NCBI GenBank assembly: GCA_964486045.1
Contig: CAZALK010000003.1
Location: forward strand, 1-64,000
Reading direction: 5' to 3'
DNA: 64,000 nucleotides
From: an uncultured archaeon
GTDB taxonomy: Archaea > Asgardarchaeota > Lokiarchaeia > Sigyniarchaeales > SOKP01
The notes under the pieces: model-generated
The model's input: only the letters and a program-made list of their open reading frames with translations
Database searches by the model: none
What the model was told of the DNA's origin: nothing
Translations under genes and position numbers: made by a program
In this document: positions 9,220-19,848 of the stretch, in pieces
Layout of the letters: every line of letters starts with the position of its first letter
Numbering within the stretch: the first letter of the stretch is position 1

Positions 9220-10638
9220 ATCGAGAAACAAGACCGAGATGCTATTTTTTACAATTTTACTAAAAGTCTTTGTCCAAAATGCCGCAAACCAATTGATGCG
9301 CAAATTTTTGTTAAGAAAAAAAAAGTAATCATGCGTAAAAGATGTAAAGACCATGGATGGTTTGAAGCATTATTATCTACAGACTTTGAAACATATCGGT
9401 CTTGGGAACGATTCAATAAGCCCGGTACTATGCCACTAGAATTTCAGACTAAAGTTAAGGAAGGATGTCCAACAGACTGTGGTTTATGTCCGGCTCATCA
9501 ACAACATACCTGTTTAGGGATTTTAGAGATTACTAATGCTTGTAATTTTGAATGTCCTGTTTGTTTTGCTAGTTCTGTAAATGGGCCTAAACAGAAACAT
9601 CTGGATCTAACTACTGTAAAAAGTATGGTAGACACATTAATTAAATCAGAAGGGATTGTTGATTTGATTCAAATAAGTGGAGGAGAACCTACTTTACACC
9701 CCAAGATAATCAATATTCTCGAATACATCAAAAATACTGGCAAAATAAAAAGAATTATGCTTAACACTAATGGTCGAAAGTTCAGTAAAAATCTAGAGTT
9801 TTGCAAAAAACTCCAAGTGGCTGGATTAAAGCATGTTTATCTACAATTTGATGGATTCAGTCAGGAATCGCTGAAGAAAATTAGAGGAAATTCAGATTTG
9901 ATTCCTGAAAAGGTAAAAGCAATAGAAAATTTAACGCAAGTAGGAGTTAAAGTTACTCTAGCAATGACAATTATCAAAGATGTCAATGACCATGAAATTG
10001 GAAAAGTAATCAATTTTATGCATGAAACACCAGGAGTATTGGGACTGGCTCTTCAACCCGTTTTTGCCGAAGGGAGGTTAATGCCGTTTTATGATCCAAT
10101 GGACCACCTAACAATGCCAGATATTCTAGAAAGAATAGAGGATCAAACAAACCACCTCTATCTTAAAGATGACTTTTTTCCAATTCCCTGTCCTTATCCT
10201 CATTGTTCAGGAGCTACTTTCTCATACAGAGATCCAGAAACAAAGGAACTGACAACACTCAAACGTTTAGTAGAAATTGAAGATTATCTTGATTATTTCA
10301 AAGATACAATAGTTCCCGATCCAGAGTCAACTATCAAAGATGCATTAGAAAAGGTTTTTTCATTTTCTACTTCACCTGGTTCAAAGAAACTTGTTGAAGG
10401 TTATTGTCAAGCTTGTGGGATTGATTTGAACATTGAGGCAATCGTCGATTCTCTTCGAAAGTATGCGGATCATGTAAGGATGATCACTATAAAACCGTTC
10501 ATGAGTGTTTGGGATGTAGATATTAAACGTCTTATGAAATGTTGTGTCCATGAAGTGCTCCCAGATGGTAAAATCATGCCATTCTGTTCTTACAATATTC
10601 TCTATCGCGATAAATATCATGAAACATATTTTAGGTGA
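9220..10638 (+). CDS. Radical SAM protein of the MJ0619/Tes (GDGT-MAS) family; true N-terminus lies upstream of the track's 9331 start
   Basis: TKSLCPKC...CKDHG rubredoxin-like site (first CxxC at 9271, in frame), GCPTDCGLCPAH auxiliary cluster, CNFECPVC radical SAM motif, SGGEPT, and C-terminal KCCVH...PFCSYN. The start at ATC 9220 is a guess. Confidence 0.85.
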   Translation: MEKQDRDAIFYNFTKSLCPKCRKPIDAQIFVKKKKVIMRKRCKDHGWFEALLSTDFETYRSWERFNKPGTMPLEFQTKVKEGCPTDCGLCPAHQQHTCLGILEITNACNFECPVCFASSVNGPKQKHLDLTTVKSMVDTLIKSEGIVDLIQISGGEPTLHPKIINILEYIKNTGKIKRIMLNTNGRKFSKNLEFCKKLQVAGLKHVYLQFDGFSQESLKKIRGNSDLIPEKVKAIENLTQVGVKVTLAMTIIKDVNDHEIGKVINFMHETPGVLGLALQPVFAEGRLMPFYDPMDHLTMPDILERIEDQTNHLYLKDDFFPIPCPYPHCSGATFSYRDPETKELTTLKRLVEIEDYLDYFKDTIVPDPESTIKDALEKVFSFSTSPGSKKLVEGYCQACGIDLNIEAIVDSLRKYADHVRMITIKPFMSVWDVDIKRLMKCCVHEVLPDGKIMPFCSYNILYRDKYHETYFR

Positions 10639-11453
10639 ATAAAATGGTAAAAACTAACTTAATTCCTAATGAAAAGGATTTTATTGTTTCTTGTTGTAAT
10701 TTCTATGAGAATTCTTTAATTCACGCATTATTTGGGACTAGTTTCCATCCTGGTGGACTAAAATTAACAAAAGAACTATGCGAAAAGCTAAATTTATCCC
10801 CAAAAGATAAAGTTCTCGATCTTGCCTCAGGTTTAGGTACCACAGCAATATTTTTAGCAGAAGAATTTGGAGTATCCATCACAGGAATTGATGTAAGTGA
10901 GATAAATGTCAAAAAATCAAATTTATTAGCTCAAGATAAGGGATTGGGGGAACGAGTTAAATTTGTAGTGGCAAATGCTGAAAAACTGCCATTTGAAGAT
11001 CAATCTTTTGATGTAATCATTTCTGAATGTTCACTTTGTTTATTTCAAAATAAAGAATTAGCGATTCTAGAAATGAACCGATTATTAAAATTCGGAGGTA
11101 GATTAGGAATAACAGATGTAGCAATTGAAAAAAAATTACCGATTGATATTGAAAAAATGATCTTTAAAGTTACCTGTATTTCAGATGCTTTATCAATGAA
11201 TGGGTATCGTCAAGTATTAGAAAAAGGGGGATTTATAATACATTTTTTGGAAAATCGCAAAACTTATGTTAATAAGATGATAGATGATATCAAAAAAAAG
11301 ATTTTTTTCGCAGAAATCGCTAAAGGACTTAATAAAAAAGATTTACAAGGTTTGGACTTGCGACAAGCAAAAGACTGGTTAAAACGAGCGAAAAAACTCA
11401 TAAATGAAGGATATGGGACATATTGCCTAATTATTGGTTTTAAACCCTATTAA
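10635..11453 (+). CDS. Class I SAM-dependent methyltransferase (UbiE/ArsM-like)
   Basis: FHPGGLKLT, VLDLASGLG, AEKLPFEDQSFDVIISEC. Overlaps the radical SAM stop codon (GTGA). Confidence 0.9.
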   Translation: MNKMVKTNLIPNEKDFIVSCCNFYENSLIHALFGTSFHPGGLKLTKELCEKLNLSPKDKVLDLASGLGTTAIFLAEEFGVSITGIDVSEINVKKSNLLAQDKGLGERVKFVVANAEKLPFEDQSFDVIISECSLCLFQNKELAILEMNRLLKFGGRLGITDVAIEKKLPIDIEKMIFKVTCISDALSMNGYRQVLEKGGFIIHFLENRKTYVNKMIDDIKKKIFFAEIAKGLNKKDLQGLDLRQAKDWLKRAKKLINEGYGTYCLIIGFKPY

Positions 11454-11492
11454 TTATTTTAAAATAGAATCGTCCTTATAATTCATTTTCTC

Positions 11493-11603
11493 TTAATACA
11501 TAATATCTAGAAACAATGAGCTTACTTATAAAGCCCAGAGAGGGATTTTAACTGCAAATTTTTTCGTTGCCAAACCTATTCCTATATGTGCTAAAGCAGG
11601 CAT
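11493..11603 (-). pseudogene. N-terminal remnant of a membrane (metal-dependent hydrolase-like) protein
   Basis: MPALAHIGIGLATKKFAVKIPLWAL*VSSLFLDIMY*, with an internal TAA followed by truncation. Confidence 0.55.
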
Positions 11604-11616
11604 ATAATAGATTATA

Positions 11617-11763
11617 TGGTTAAATAAAGCATTTGAAACTCGAAAAGAATTCATCCAAAAATATAAAGATAAAAACTGTATTATCATTGGAGGACACTTT
11701 GCTGGGAATCCTGCAGGTATTCTTAAACAGATTGAAAATAAAATCATATTTACTCCTTATTGA
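11617..11763 (+). pseudogene. C-terminal remnant of an MBL-fold metallo-hydrolase
   Basis: AFETRKEFIQKYKDKNCIIIGGHFAGNPAGILKQIENKIIFTPY* matches the typical MBL tail (A.ETR...GxHF...G). Confidence 0.55.
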
Positions 11764-11776
11764 TAGAAAGAGAAAA

Positions 11777-12508
11777 ATGAAAAAATTTATTGAAACTCTT
11801 TCTTTCAATGCTTATCTTTTGGGACATAAGAAGGGAAGACGGAAAATCTATGCGGATGGACGCAAAAGACGACTAATACCACACCAAACTGAAGTAAACA
11901 AATATTTACGCAAAATTGGACTCCAAAAAGCACGCAATATTTTGCGTGAATGTCTTGATGAACAACTAAAAAAAGCTTTAGTCCTAAATCTTATTTCTAA
12001 AAAGGTAAATGTTTTAATTGACTTTACAGAGCATCCATATTATGGGAAACGAGAAGATAAAATGATAAAAGGGACAAATCGGCAGAAGGGAACACTAAAA
12101 ATGCGTCATTACTTAGGATTTTCGATTTTATCACGAGAAACCCATCTATATACTGGATTAGAGCAAGTGGCAACTGGTCAATCTAAGATTCCCATAATTA
12201 TTAAATTTCTCGATCACCTACTTGATTTGGGATTTGAACTGAAATATGTATTAATGGATAGGGAATTCTATAGAGCAGAGTTATTGGATGAGATTAAAGG
12301 TATGGGTGGTGATGTCCTAATTCCTGCGAAGCAATACAAAAAGGTCAAACAATTTATAGCCGAATATTTAGAGGGAAAGAAGAATCGGGTCATAAAATAT
12401 ACGTTTTCTAGTGCTTTAGAGGCAAAATGTCGATTTTTTGCATATGTTTACCTAATAATAAAGGCAAAACGGGGTTTTTCTCTTCAAGGGGTCAAAAGAG
12501 ATGATTAA
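11777..12508 (+). mobile_element. Truncated DDE transposase (ISH3/IS4-like) remnant
   Basis: VLIDFTEHPYYG (first D), KGT...HYLGFSIL and VLMDREFY (second D). The ORF stops before the YxxRxxIE signature. No terminal inverted repeats were recognised. Confidence 0.8.
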
Positions 12509-12774
12509 GGAGTGTGTCGCATTCAGAGATAATTTTAGTGAAGAATATAGACGAGTTAATGAAATAGACCTTGATGGATTTATATATGATGAAATATTCA
12601 AATGTGCTGATAAAATAATTAAAATGATGGTTAAAAACGCTTATGATTCTAAATTCCTCAATTAAATTCAATACTTTTTTTTGAATAAAAATTCAGAAAA
12701 TTAACTCTCAATTATAGATGTGATATTCATTAATACATTAAGGATCCCAGATTTTTAGAAAGTATAGAAGTAAG

Positions 12775-15700
12775 TTAACTTGGTAATGTAAATTCAAAAG
12801 TAGTCCCCTTATTGAATCCCTCTGAGCTTGCTCGAATTTCCCCATTATGAGCAATAACGATACCTTTGGTGATATAAAGCCCTAATCCAGTCCCACTATC
12901 TTTAATGTTAAGATTTTCATTGAGAATTGGTTGTCTAATCCTTTCAAATTTTATAAATAATCGGAGTAATTCATCTTTTGCCAATCCTATCCCATTATCT
13001 TTTACTTCAAAGATATACTTATCTTCTTCTAGTTTACATGAAATTTCTATCCATCCATAATCTGGTGTAAATTTAATAGCATTTGAGATTAAATTTGTAA
13101 AAACTGTAAAGATACGAGTTGGATCAACATTCAACATTATTTCATGACTAATATTTAATATTATTTCAAGATTTTTTTCATTAATCAAATAACTTAGTTC
13201 ATCTAAACAATCATTTATTATCTTAGTAATATTTACTTGCTCTTTTTGGAGTTTCAATTTATTCTCATCAATCTTCATTACATCTAAAAGTTGATCCATT
13301 AAAACCTCGAGTCTGGTAACATTTCTCTGGACAGTTTTTAAATCATCTATAATCTCAGGAGATAATCGGTTCCTATGTTTCATTAAAATGTAATCAGTAT
13401 ATCCTGAAATTGAAATCAAGGGGGTTTTTAACTCGTGAGCAGCCATAGTTATAAAATCATTCTTAATCTCGTCCAATTTCATTAATTCAACATTTTGCTC
13501 CCTAAGTTTCTTTTCAGATTCCAATAAATCTTGCTGTAATTTGAATTTCTCAGTAATATCAGTAAATGTTCCTTCAACTTCTGCTATCTCTCCCTCAGAG
13601 TTATAAATAACGTGTGAATTCAGATCTATAGTTATCATGTTCCCATTCAACTTTTTAACTTGAGCAATAAAATTTCTGACAAAACCCTTTTCTTCTAGTT
13701 CATTGTAGTATCTTCTATTTATCTCTTCGCTAACAAAAAACTGACTAGAATCAGTACCAACTATACTCTCATCAAGTTCAAGGCCCAAAATTATGTTACA
13801 TGCCTGATTATGCATTAATAATGCACCTTTGTAGATTCCCCTATAAAATGCCACATCCAAGTTATTAACCATATTTCTGAAATTTAATTCTGATTCTTTT
13901 AATTTTTGTTCGGCTCTCTTATTTTCGGTTATGTCTTGACCTGAACTCAAGGAACCGATAACCATTCCTTCTGAGTTTTTTATTACTCGATTATACCACG
14001 CTATAATTCTTATTTCACCATTTTTTGTTATAATTGGTGCTTCAGTATTTTCAAGGAATTCAATTTCACCATTTATAAACCGGTTATAATTTTTTTTAAC
14101 AAGTTCTCTATTAATTTCAGGGATATATTTATCAATAAAATTTATTCCAATGATTTCAGACTCATCTTCTTCCAAAATTTCACATCCTTTTCGATTGATA
14201 AGTTGTACTGTCTGATCTGCATTTAAAACTAATAAAATTACGCCTGCTATATCTAGATAATTCTGAACTTTTTCTCTTTCTTCTTTTAACTTCTGCTCTG
14301 CTTTATTGCTTTCTGTGATATCTCGTATTATTGTTATTATTTGTTCAACTTTCCCTTCATGAAAGATCGGAATTTTCCGAGTCTCAGTGATTACTTCAAG
14401 TTCTGGCAGCAAGATGTTTTCCATTGTAATGAGGGGCATTCCAGTATCAAAAATTTGCTTATATTCATCAAAGATTTTAGAATCTAAGAATGGAAACGCT
14501 TCAGAAATCTTTCTTCCAAAAATCTCAGTATCTAGATTTAGTTCATCTAGCCAATTTTTAAATGCTTGGTTTACTAAAATTATTTTTAAATCCTTATTCA
14601 CTACATGTAGAGGATCACCTAGAGAATTAATTGTAGTTCGATACTGTCGTTCAGAATCTATGAGATCTTTCGTTCTTTCTTGAACTTTTTTTTCTAGACC
14701 TTTATTTAATATTTTTAATTCTTCTTGGGAATTTCTTAGATCTTTTTCGGCAATTTTCTGGGCTGTAACATCCTGTATTATTACCTGAAAAACCGTTTCT
14801 CTGCCAATCTTAACAAGACTATCATCTATATGTATCCAAATAGCACGGTTGTCAGAAGATCTCAAGATTTGAACCTCCATCGGTTCTGCTACTTTTCCAT
14901 CAAGAACTGCTGCATACCTTTCTTTAAATAATGGTAATAATTTCTCAGGTTTTATATATACATCAATAAAATTTTTATTTATTAAATTTTCAGCACTTAA
15001 ACCAAATATTTTCTCAGTAACTGGGTTAACATCAACTATTATTCCTTTTTTATTTACTAAAATGATTGAATAAGGGGAGGATTCAAATAAATGACGGTAC
15101 TTCCGTTCTGAAGAGTATTTTTCAGAAATGTTCCGAGCTAAACCACTAAATCCAATTTTTTTTCCATCGGAATCATATCTTAAATAGACAGAGGATTCGC
15201 AAGTTACGTGTTCTCCACTGCTTTTCTGAAATTGGAATTGAAAATCAGACTTAGATTGTTCAGTTTCAAACACTTCACGATAAGCGTCTCTATTTTTTTT
15301 TCGGTTTGCTTCATCAAGTAAGCTTTGATAATTTACTCCTAATAATTCATCTCTAGAAAACCCAATAAGATCAGAAAAAGCCTCGTTAATAAACGTAAAA
15401 GTTCCAAATAAATCAACCTCGAAATATGACTCTTTAATATTTTCGAGAATACCTCTGTATTTTTCTTCAGACTCTTTTAATTTTTGCTCAGAATACATCC
15501 TATTCGAAATATCTTCATATGTCACAAGGATTCCTACTACATTCCCCTCCATATCATGTAAAGGTATTCTATTAATCCCATACCAATTCTGTTTTCCACT
15601 GGGTGTTATTAATAGTTCAGTGACATTGTACTCTAACTTGTTATTCTTCATTACATTACGTTCGCAATCTTTGATGTAATCTAATTTATCTCTAACCCAT

Positions 15701-16320
15701 TTTAAATTATCATCTGTCTTCCCTATAATTGAATGAGGATTAACCAAGCCATTAATGGTCGCAAAATTAGTATTACATCCTAAATAAATCAAATTTGTGT
15801 CTTTCCAATAAATTAACTGAGGAATATTGTTAATTACAACTTCTAACATCTCTCGAGTTTTTTGGACAGCAGTAATGTTGTTCTTAGATTGAAGTAATTT
15901 CCAAAATTTAATTTCAGGTAAAGTATCTGCTAATTGAGTGTATCTAATTTGGCTTCTTTTAATTTCGTTTTCCATATTTTTTAACCTAGTAATATCTCTA
16001 CAAACGAGAAATACTTTATTGATATTATCATTATCAACAAATCTTTTTCCTTTAATTTCATACCACTTAAAAAGGTTATTATACCCATTTATCCTGAATA
16101 CATCCTTTCCATATCCAACTTTAAAGACTTTTTCCACAAATTTTATTCCTAGTCTGGAATCATCAGGATGTAGAAAATCGACCAGCTTCTTTTCAAAATC
16201 TAATTCTTTAATATTAAAGTATTCGCATTTAATATTTTCATTACAAATGAAAATAAGATCATCGATATTTTCAGAAATAAGTTGATTAATCCTATTGATA
16301 TTCTTAGTTAGGCTTGCCAT
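12775..16320 (-). CDS. Multi-PAS sensor histidine kinase (cytoplasmic)
   Basis: Many PAS/PAC repeats (RDIT/EDIS/QDVT...ESEEKYR), H-box AAHELKTPL, N-box NLISNAIKFTP, DNGIG and GTGLGL. Confidence 0.95.
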   Translation of the reverse strand: MASLTKNINRINQLISENIDDLIFICNENIKCEYFNIKELDFEKKLVDFLHPDDSRLGIKFVEKVFKVGYGKDVFRINGYNNLFKWYEIKGKRFVDNDNINKVFLVCRDITRLKNMENEIKRSQIRYTQLADTLPEIKFWKLLQSKNNITAVQKTREMLEVVINNIPQLIYWKDTNLIYLGCNTNFATINGLVNPHSIIGKTDDNLKWVRDKLDYIKDCERNVMKNNKLEYNVTELLITPSGKQNWYGINRIPLHDMEGNVVGILVTYEDISNRMYSEQKLKESEEKYRGILENIKESYFEVDLFGTFTFINEAFSDLIGFSRDELLGVNYQSLLDEANRKKNRDAYREVFETEQSKSDFQFQFQKSSGEHVTCESSVYLRYDSDGKKIGFSGLARNISEKYSSERKYRHLFESSPYSIILVNKKGIIVDVNPVTEKIFGLSAENLINKNFIDVYIKPEKLLPLFKERYAAVLDGKVAEPMEVQILRSSDNRAIWIHIDDSLVKIGRETVFQVIIQDVTAQKIAEKDLRNSQEELKILNKGLEKKVQERTKDLIDSERQYRTTINSLGDPLHVVNKDLKIILVNQAFKNWLDELNLDTEIFGRKISEAFPFLDSKIFDEYKQIFDTGMPLITMENILLPELEVITETRKIPIFHEGKVEQIITIIRDITESNKAEQKLKEEREKVQNYLDIAGVILLVLNADQTVQLINRKGCEILEEDESEIIGINFIDKYIPEINRELVKKNYNRFINGEIEFLENTEAPIITKNGEIRIIAWYNRVIKNSEGMVIGSLSSGQDITENKRAEQKLKESELNFRNMVNNLDVAFYRGIYKGALLMHNQACNIILGLELDESIVGTDSSQFFVSEEINRRYYNELEEKGFVRNFIAQVKKLNGNMITIDLNSHVIYNSEGEIAEVEGTFTDITEKFKLQQDLLESEKKLREQNVELMKLDEIKNDFITMAAHELKTPLISISGYTDYILMKHRNRLSPEIIDDLKTVQRNVTRLEVLMDQLLDVMKIDENKLKLQKEQVNITKIINDCLDELSYLINEKNLEIILNISHEIMLNVDPTRIFTVFTNLISNAIKFTPDYGWIEISCKLEEDKYIFEVKDNGIGLAKDELLRLFIKFERIRQPILNENLNIKDSGTGLGLYITKGIVIAHNGEIRASSEGFNKGTTFEFTLPS

Positions 16321-16451
16321 TATGATGATTACCTCATAATAAGGTGTAAAATAATTCTATCTTTAAGTAAAATAAGAAGAATTAAAAATAAATTTATTCC
16401 TATAAAAGTTAGAATTTTAAAATTTTTACTTTAACTAATAAACTGATTAAT

Positions 16452-17573
16452 TTATCCAAAAGTCCCTGCCCATCCTCGCACATTTTTCCTCATAACTTCT
16501 TGTTTTAATATAATCTCCTCTTTTTGTTTTTCAGTTTTATTAGTTAGATTAATTAGTTCAGGTACAAAGTTATATTTTACACAAAATTCTTTACTTTTTT
16601 TTGAAATTAAATCTTTGGGTATTTTTAATGGGTTATTAGAAAAATCTTTAAATTTAGATTCCCAATCCTCTAAAAATTGATAAATTTTATTACGTGATTG
16701 AAATATTGGAAGCACTCCTAAACTATTTGGTGTGGTTACTGCAATGTTTGCTCTTTTTAAACTAAATCTATTACCGTTAAATGTTATAGCAATTCCGTTT
16801 TCATCACTTAATCGCTGAAGCATGTCAATGTCCGTAATTGAATCACCTATGGCAACCATTTGTGAAACAGATACACCAGTTCTTTTTGATATATCTTCTA
16901 CCGCGAATTCTTTTCTTTTTCCTCCTCTTACCTTTACTTCATTCATAACTTTGATATAATCTGATTCATTTCTCTCCCAGAAAAAGTTATTCAATTCATC
17001 GAGAACGCTAACAATATTTTTATTATTTCTTATGTATTTTTGAAAAATTTGTTTTAGCAATATTTCAATGTCTTGATCAATATTAAGAAGCTCCTTTTTC
17101 ATATTTCTAATATCTAATTTTGTACAGTAAACATGATCTCTTTTGATATCTAGCGCAGCTGTTACATTGTAAGCGAAATGTGTATAACTTGTAGAAATAA
17201 CAAAAATCTCCCAATTTTTTTGCAATATTCTCATCAATTCTTTGGTACCTGGCAATAAACCTAAATTTCCTTTAGCTAAACTAATTAGGTCTTCATCTGT
17301 ATAAGTTGCTACATATAAAGGGGCCATAAGTCGAAGAGTATCTCCGGGTTGATATTCAGGAATCTTAAGTTGCTCCTTTACTCCTGGAACGTCAATAAGA
17401 TAATCGTCGTAAATAGATATCATTTGAAAGAAATCTCCCATTTTAAATTTTTGCAAATTCAATTTGGATCTTTTGCTCAGTAACTTACCAATCTCAGCAG
17501 CAAAATCTATGGTGCTTATAGGTCCTTCCAAATCCCAACAACAAATTAATTTCTTAGGCACTGTATTCCCCAT
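16452..17573 (-). CDS. HAD-superfamily hydrolase, EhaR/COG4030-like
   Basis: WDLEGP, YQPGDTL, ISTSY, GGKRK, GDSITDIDML, FNGN. Confidence 0.8.
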   Translation of the reverse strand: MGNTVPKKLICCWDLEGPISTIDFAAEIGKLLSKRSKLNLQKFKMGDFFQMISIYDDYLIDVPGVKEQLKIPEYQPGDTLRLMAPLYVATYTDEDLISLAKGNLGLLPGTKELMRILQKNWEIFVISTSYTHFAYNVTAALDIKRDHVYCTKLDIRNMKKELLNIDQDIEILLKQIFQKYIRNNKNIVSVLDELNNFFWERNESDYIKVMNEVKVRGGKRKEFAVEDISKRTGVSVSQMVAIGDSITDIDMLQRLSDENGIAITFNGNRFSLKRANIAVTTPNSLGVLPIFQSRNKIYQFLEDWESKFKDFSNNPLKIPKDLISKKSKEFCVKYNFVPELINLTNKTEKQKEEIILKQEVMRKNVRGWAGTFG

Positions 17574-17696
17574 AATTTAAATTGGAATTGATAACATTAA
17601 CAATAATTAATATAAAAAACTTAAAAAACCAAGTTATTAAGAGCTTATTACTCAATATCTCAAACCGATATATAGTACAAGAATTGTAGAACCATA

Positions 17697-18182
17697 TTAG
17701 TATTTAAGTTTAAAAATTTCTTGAATTGTTTTTTCTTTTCTTTCTTTTTCTATTTTATTTCGCCAATCTGGCTCTATTAAATCAAAAGCCTCTTGAGCAA
17801 GGTTCTTTATATTTTCATCAGAGGATTCAAGAAACAATCCGATATATTCTAACGCCCTTTTATCTTGAATTCCTTTTAAGGCCTTTAATATGAGAATAAT
17901 TCTAAATTTATCGCTTTCAGATTTATCTAATTCTTCAATGAGCTTTTCTACAATTCTTAAAGTTGCTCGACCATCTCTAATTCTTCCAAGGGCTTCAATT
18001 ATTCGATTTATTACTATATAATCCTTTTCAGATCTCAGAGCACTGCACAGTAAATTTACTGCTCTACCTTCTTCCATGAGCCCAAGTTTTCTTGCTGCTT
18101 CAGCTCTTTTTTGCCAATCTTCATCATGGAATAGTAGTTTTATTAAAGCATTATATTTGACGTTCTTTTCATGCCAATTCAT
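17697..18182 (-). CDS. HEAT-repeat (PBS lyase-like) protein
   Basis: RAEAARKLG, IIEALGRIRD and LKALKGIQDKRALEYI repeats. Confidence 0.85.
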   Translation of the reverse strand: MNWHEKNVKYNALIKLLFHDEDWQKRAEAARKLGLMEEGRAVNLLCSALRSEKDYIVINRIIEALGRIRDGRATLRIVEKLIEELDKSESDKFRIILILKALKGIQDKRALEYIGLFLESSDENIKNLAQEAFDLIEPDWRNKIEKERKEKTIQEIFKLKY

Positions 18183-18283
18183 TGTTCAAGTTAAGCTTAA
18201 TTTCAACATTATTATAATTTGATTATTATAAAATATAAAAATATAAAGCTTAAGAAATAAAATTAAAGAAAATATTGTTTATT

Positions 18284-19606
18284 TCACTTCATAAGAGAAT
18301 CCATATGGTCTATTCGTTTCTGCAAAAGTTTTCGAGTACCTACGTCTTTCCTATGAAAAAGTTTTCCTTTCACACAACCTATACCCGTTTCAGCGATTTT
18401 TTCGGCGTCTTCGAGAGAATCAGATACTCCTAGTATAGCTATTGATCTTGAAGTTGTTGTATATATGTTATTACCTTCCCGATAAACTGATGCGTAATAA
18501 TATTTTGCACCAATTTCTTCTAGTTTCTTCTTGTCTATTTTTATGGTCTCATCTCTATTTGGGTTCGCAGGATAACCTTCAGGAGCAAGATATTTGCATA
18601 CTGTTGCTTTTCTCTCAAAATTATAATTATTTGATAAGTTCTTATTAATAATTGCCCAACATATATCAACAAAATTTCCATTTAGGAGAGGTAACACATT
18701 CATCGCCTCTGGATCACCCAATCGAGAATTATATTCGATCAATTTTATACCATCTGCAGTTTTCATGAACTGTCCATATAAAAATCCTTTATACTCTACT
18801 CCCGTATCTGCTTTAATTGCAGTCACTGTTTTTTTCATATCTGCAAGTGCTTCATCTACATCTTTTTGAGTAAAAAAGGGGATAAGATGATCTTCCATGC
18901 TATATGAACCCATTCCACCCGTATTTGGACCTTTATCATCTTCATATGCTCTTTTGTGATCTTGAACCAAAGGAGAACCGATTATAGTTTTTCCATCAAC
19001 AAATGTCTGTAAAGTAAACTCTTCTCCCTCACATCTTTCCTCTAATAAGAATCTATTTTTGCTATCTACTAATTCTTGGCAATATTTTAAAATATCATTT
19101 TTAGTAAAAAGGTGATCCCCATAAACTTTGACTCCTTTTCCACCAGTAAGCCCTTCTGGTTTAACAACGATAAACTCTTCCCTAATATCCTTTATATAAT
19201 TCTCAACACCATCCATAGTGTCAAACATTTTACTTTTCACATTTGATTGGATTTTATATTTTTCTAGGAGGTCTCTCATGAATATTTTTGATCCTTCTAT
19301 CTGAGCTGCTTCTATTTTTGGACCAACACATGGGATATCTCCTCTTTCCAGAGCGTTAACAATGCCAAATGCTAAAGGAGCTTCAGGTCCAATAACAGCA
19401 AAATCTATTTTATTCTTTTTTGAAAAATCAAGGATTTCTTGAAAATCCATCTCGGAGTGAATTTTAATACCTTTACTTAAATCCTCTAATCCAGCATTGT
19501 TGAAGCTCATATATGCAAACAAATCTGCTCCTCCTTTAACAAGAGTCTCACCAATAACATGTTCTCTTGCACCATGTCCAACAATCAAAACTCGATATAA
19601 CTTCAT
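18284..19606 (-). CDS. purD: Phosphoribosylamine--glycine ligase
   Basis: GHGAREH, IGPEAPL, EGSK, GGKGV, QDHKRAYEDDKGPNTGGMG, EYNSRLGDPE. Confidence 0.97.
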   Translation of the reverse strand: MKLYRVLIVGHGAREHVIGETLVKGGADLFAYMSFNNAGLEDLSKGIKIHSEMDFQEILDFSKKNKIDFAVIGPEAPLAFGIVNALERGDIPCVGPKIEAAQIEGSKIFMRDLLEKYKIQSNVKSKMFDTMDGVENYIKDIREEFIVVKPEGLTGGKGVKVYGDHLFTKNDILKYCQELVDSKNRFLLEERCEGEEFTLQTFVDGKTIIGSPLVQDHKRAYEDDKGPNTGGMGSYSMEDHLIPFFTQKDVDEALADMKKTVTAIKADTGVEYKGFLYGQFMKTADGIKLIEYNSRLGDPEAMNVLPLLNGNFVDICWAIINKNLSNNYNFERKATVCKYLAPEGYPANPNRDETIKIDKKKLEEIGAKYYYASVYREGNNIYTTTSRSIAILGVSDSLEDAEKIAETGIGCVKGKLFHRKDVGTRKLLQKRIDHMDSLMK

Positions 19607-19848
19607 AATGAATAAAAGTATTTTTATATTTATTAGAAAAAAAGTATTTTATAGTATTATTAATTTACTTCATTCAATTAATAGCCCTACAATAATCACT
19701 TTCCTTTATTATAGTTGAATTAGGAAACTTTCAGTTATTTGATTTACAATTAGATTGTATCAATAAAATTTCATTTTTAAATAAATTATATTTAATAATA
19801 TTTTTCTGATAAAAGTATCAATTCAATTCTAAGTAGGAAGAACTCTTG

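Noticed and set aside
11633-11776. N-terminal 48 aa of the transposase ORF as given in the track
   Set aside because: Another frame of the same DNA encodes a recognisable MBL-hydrolase tail, so this is not transposase sequence.
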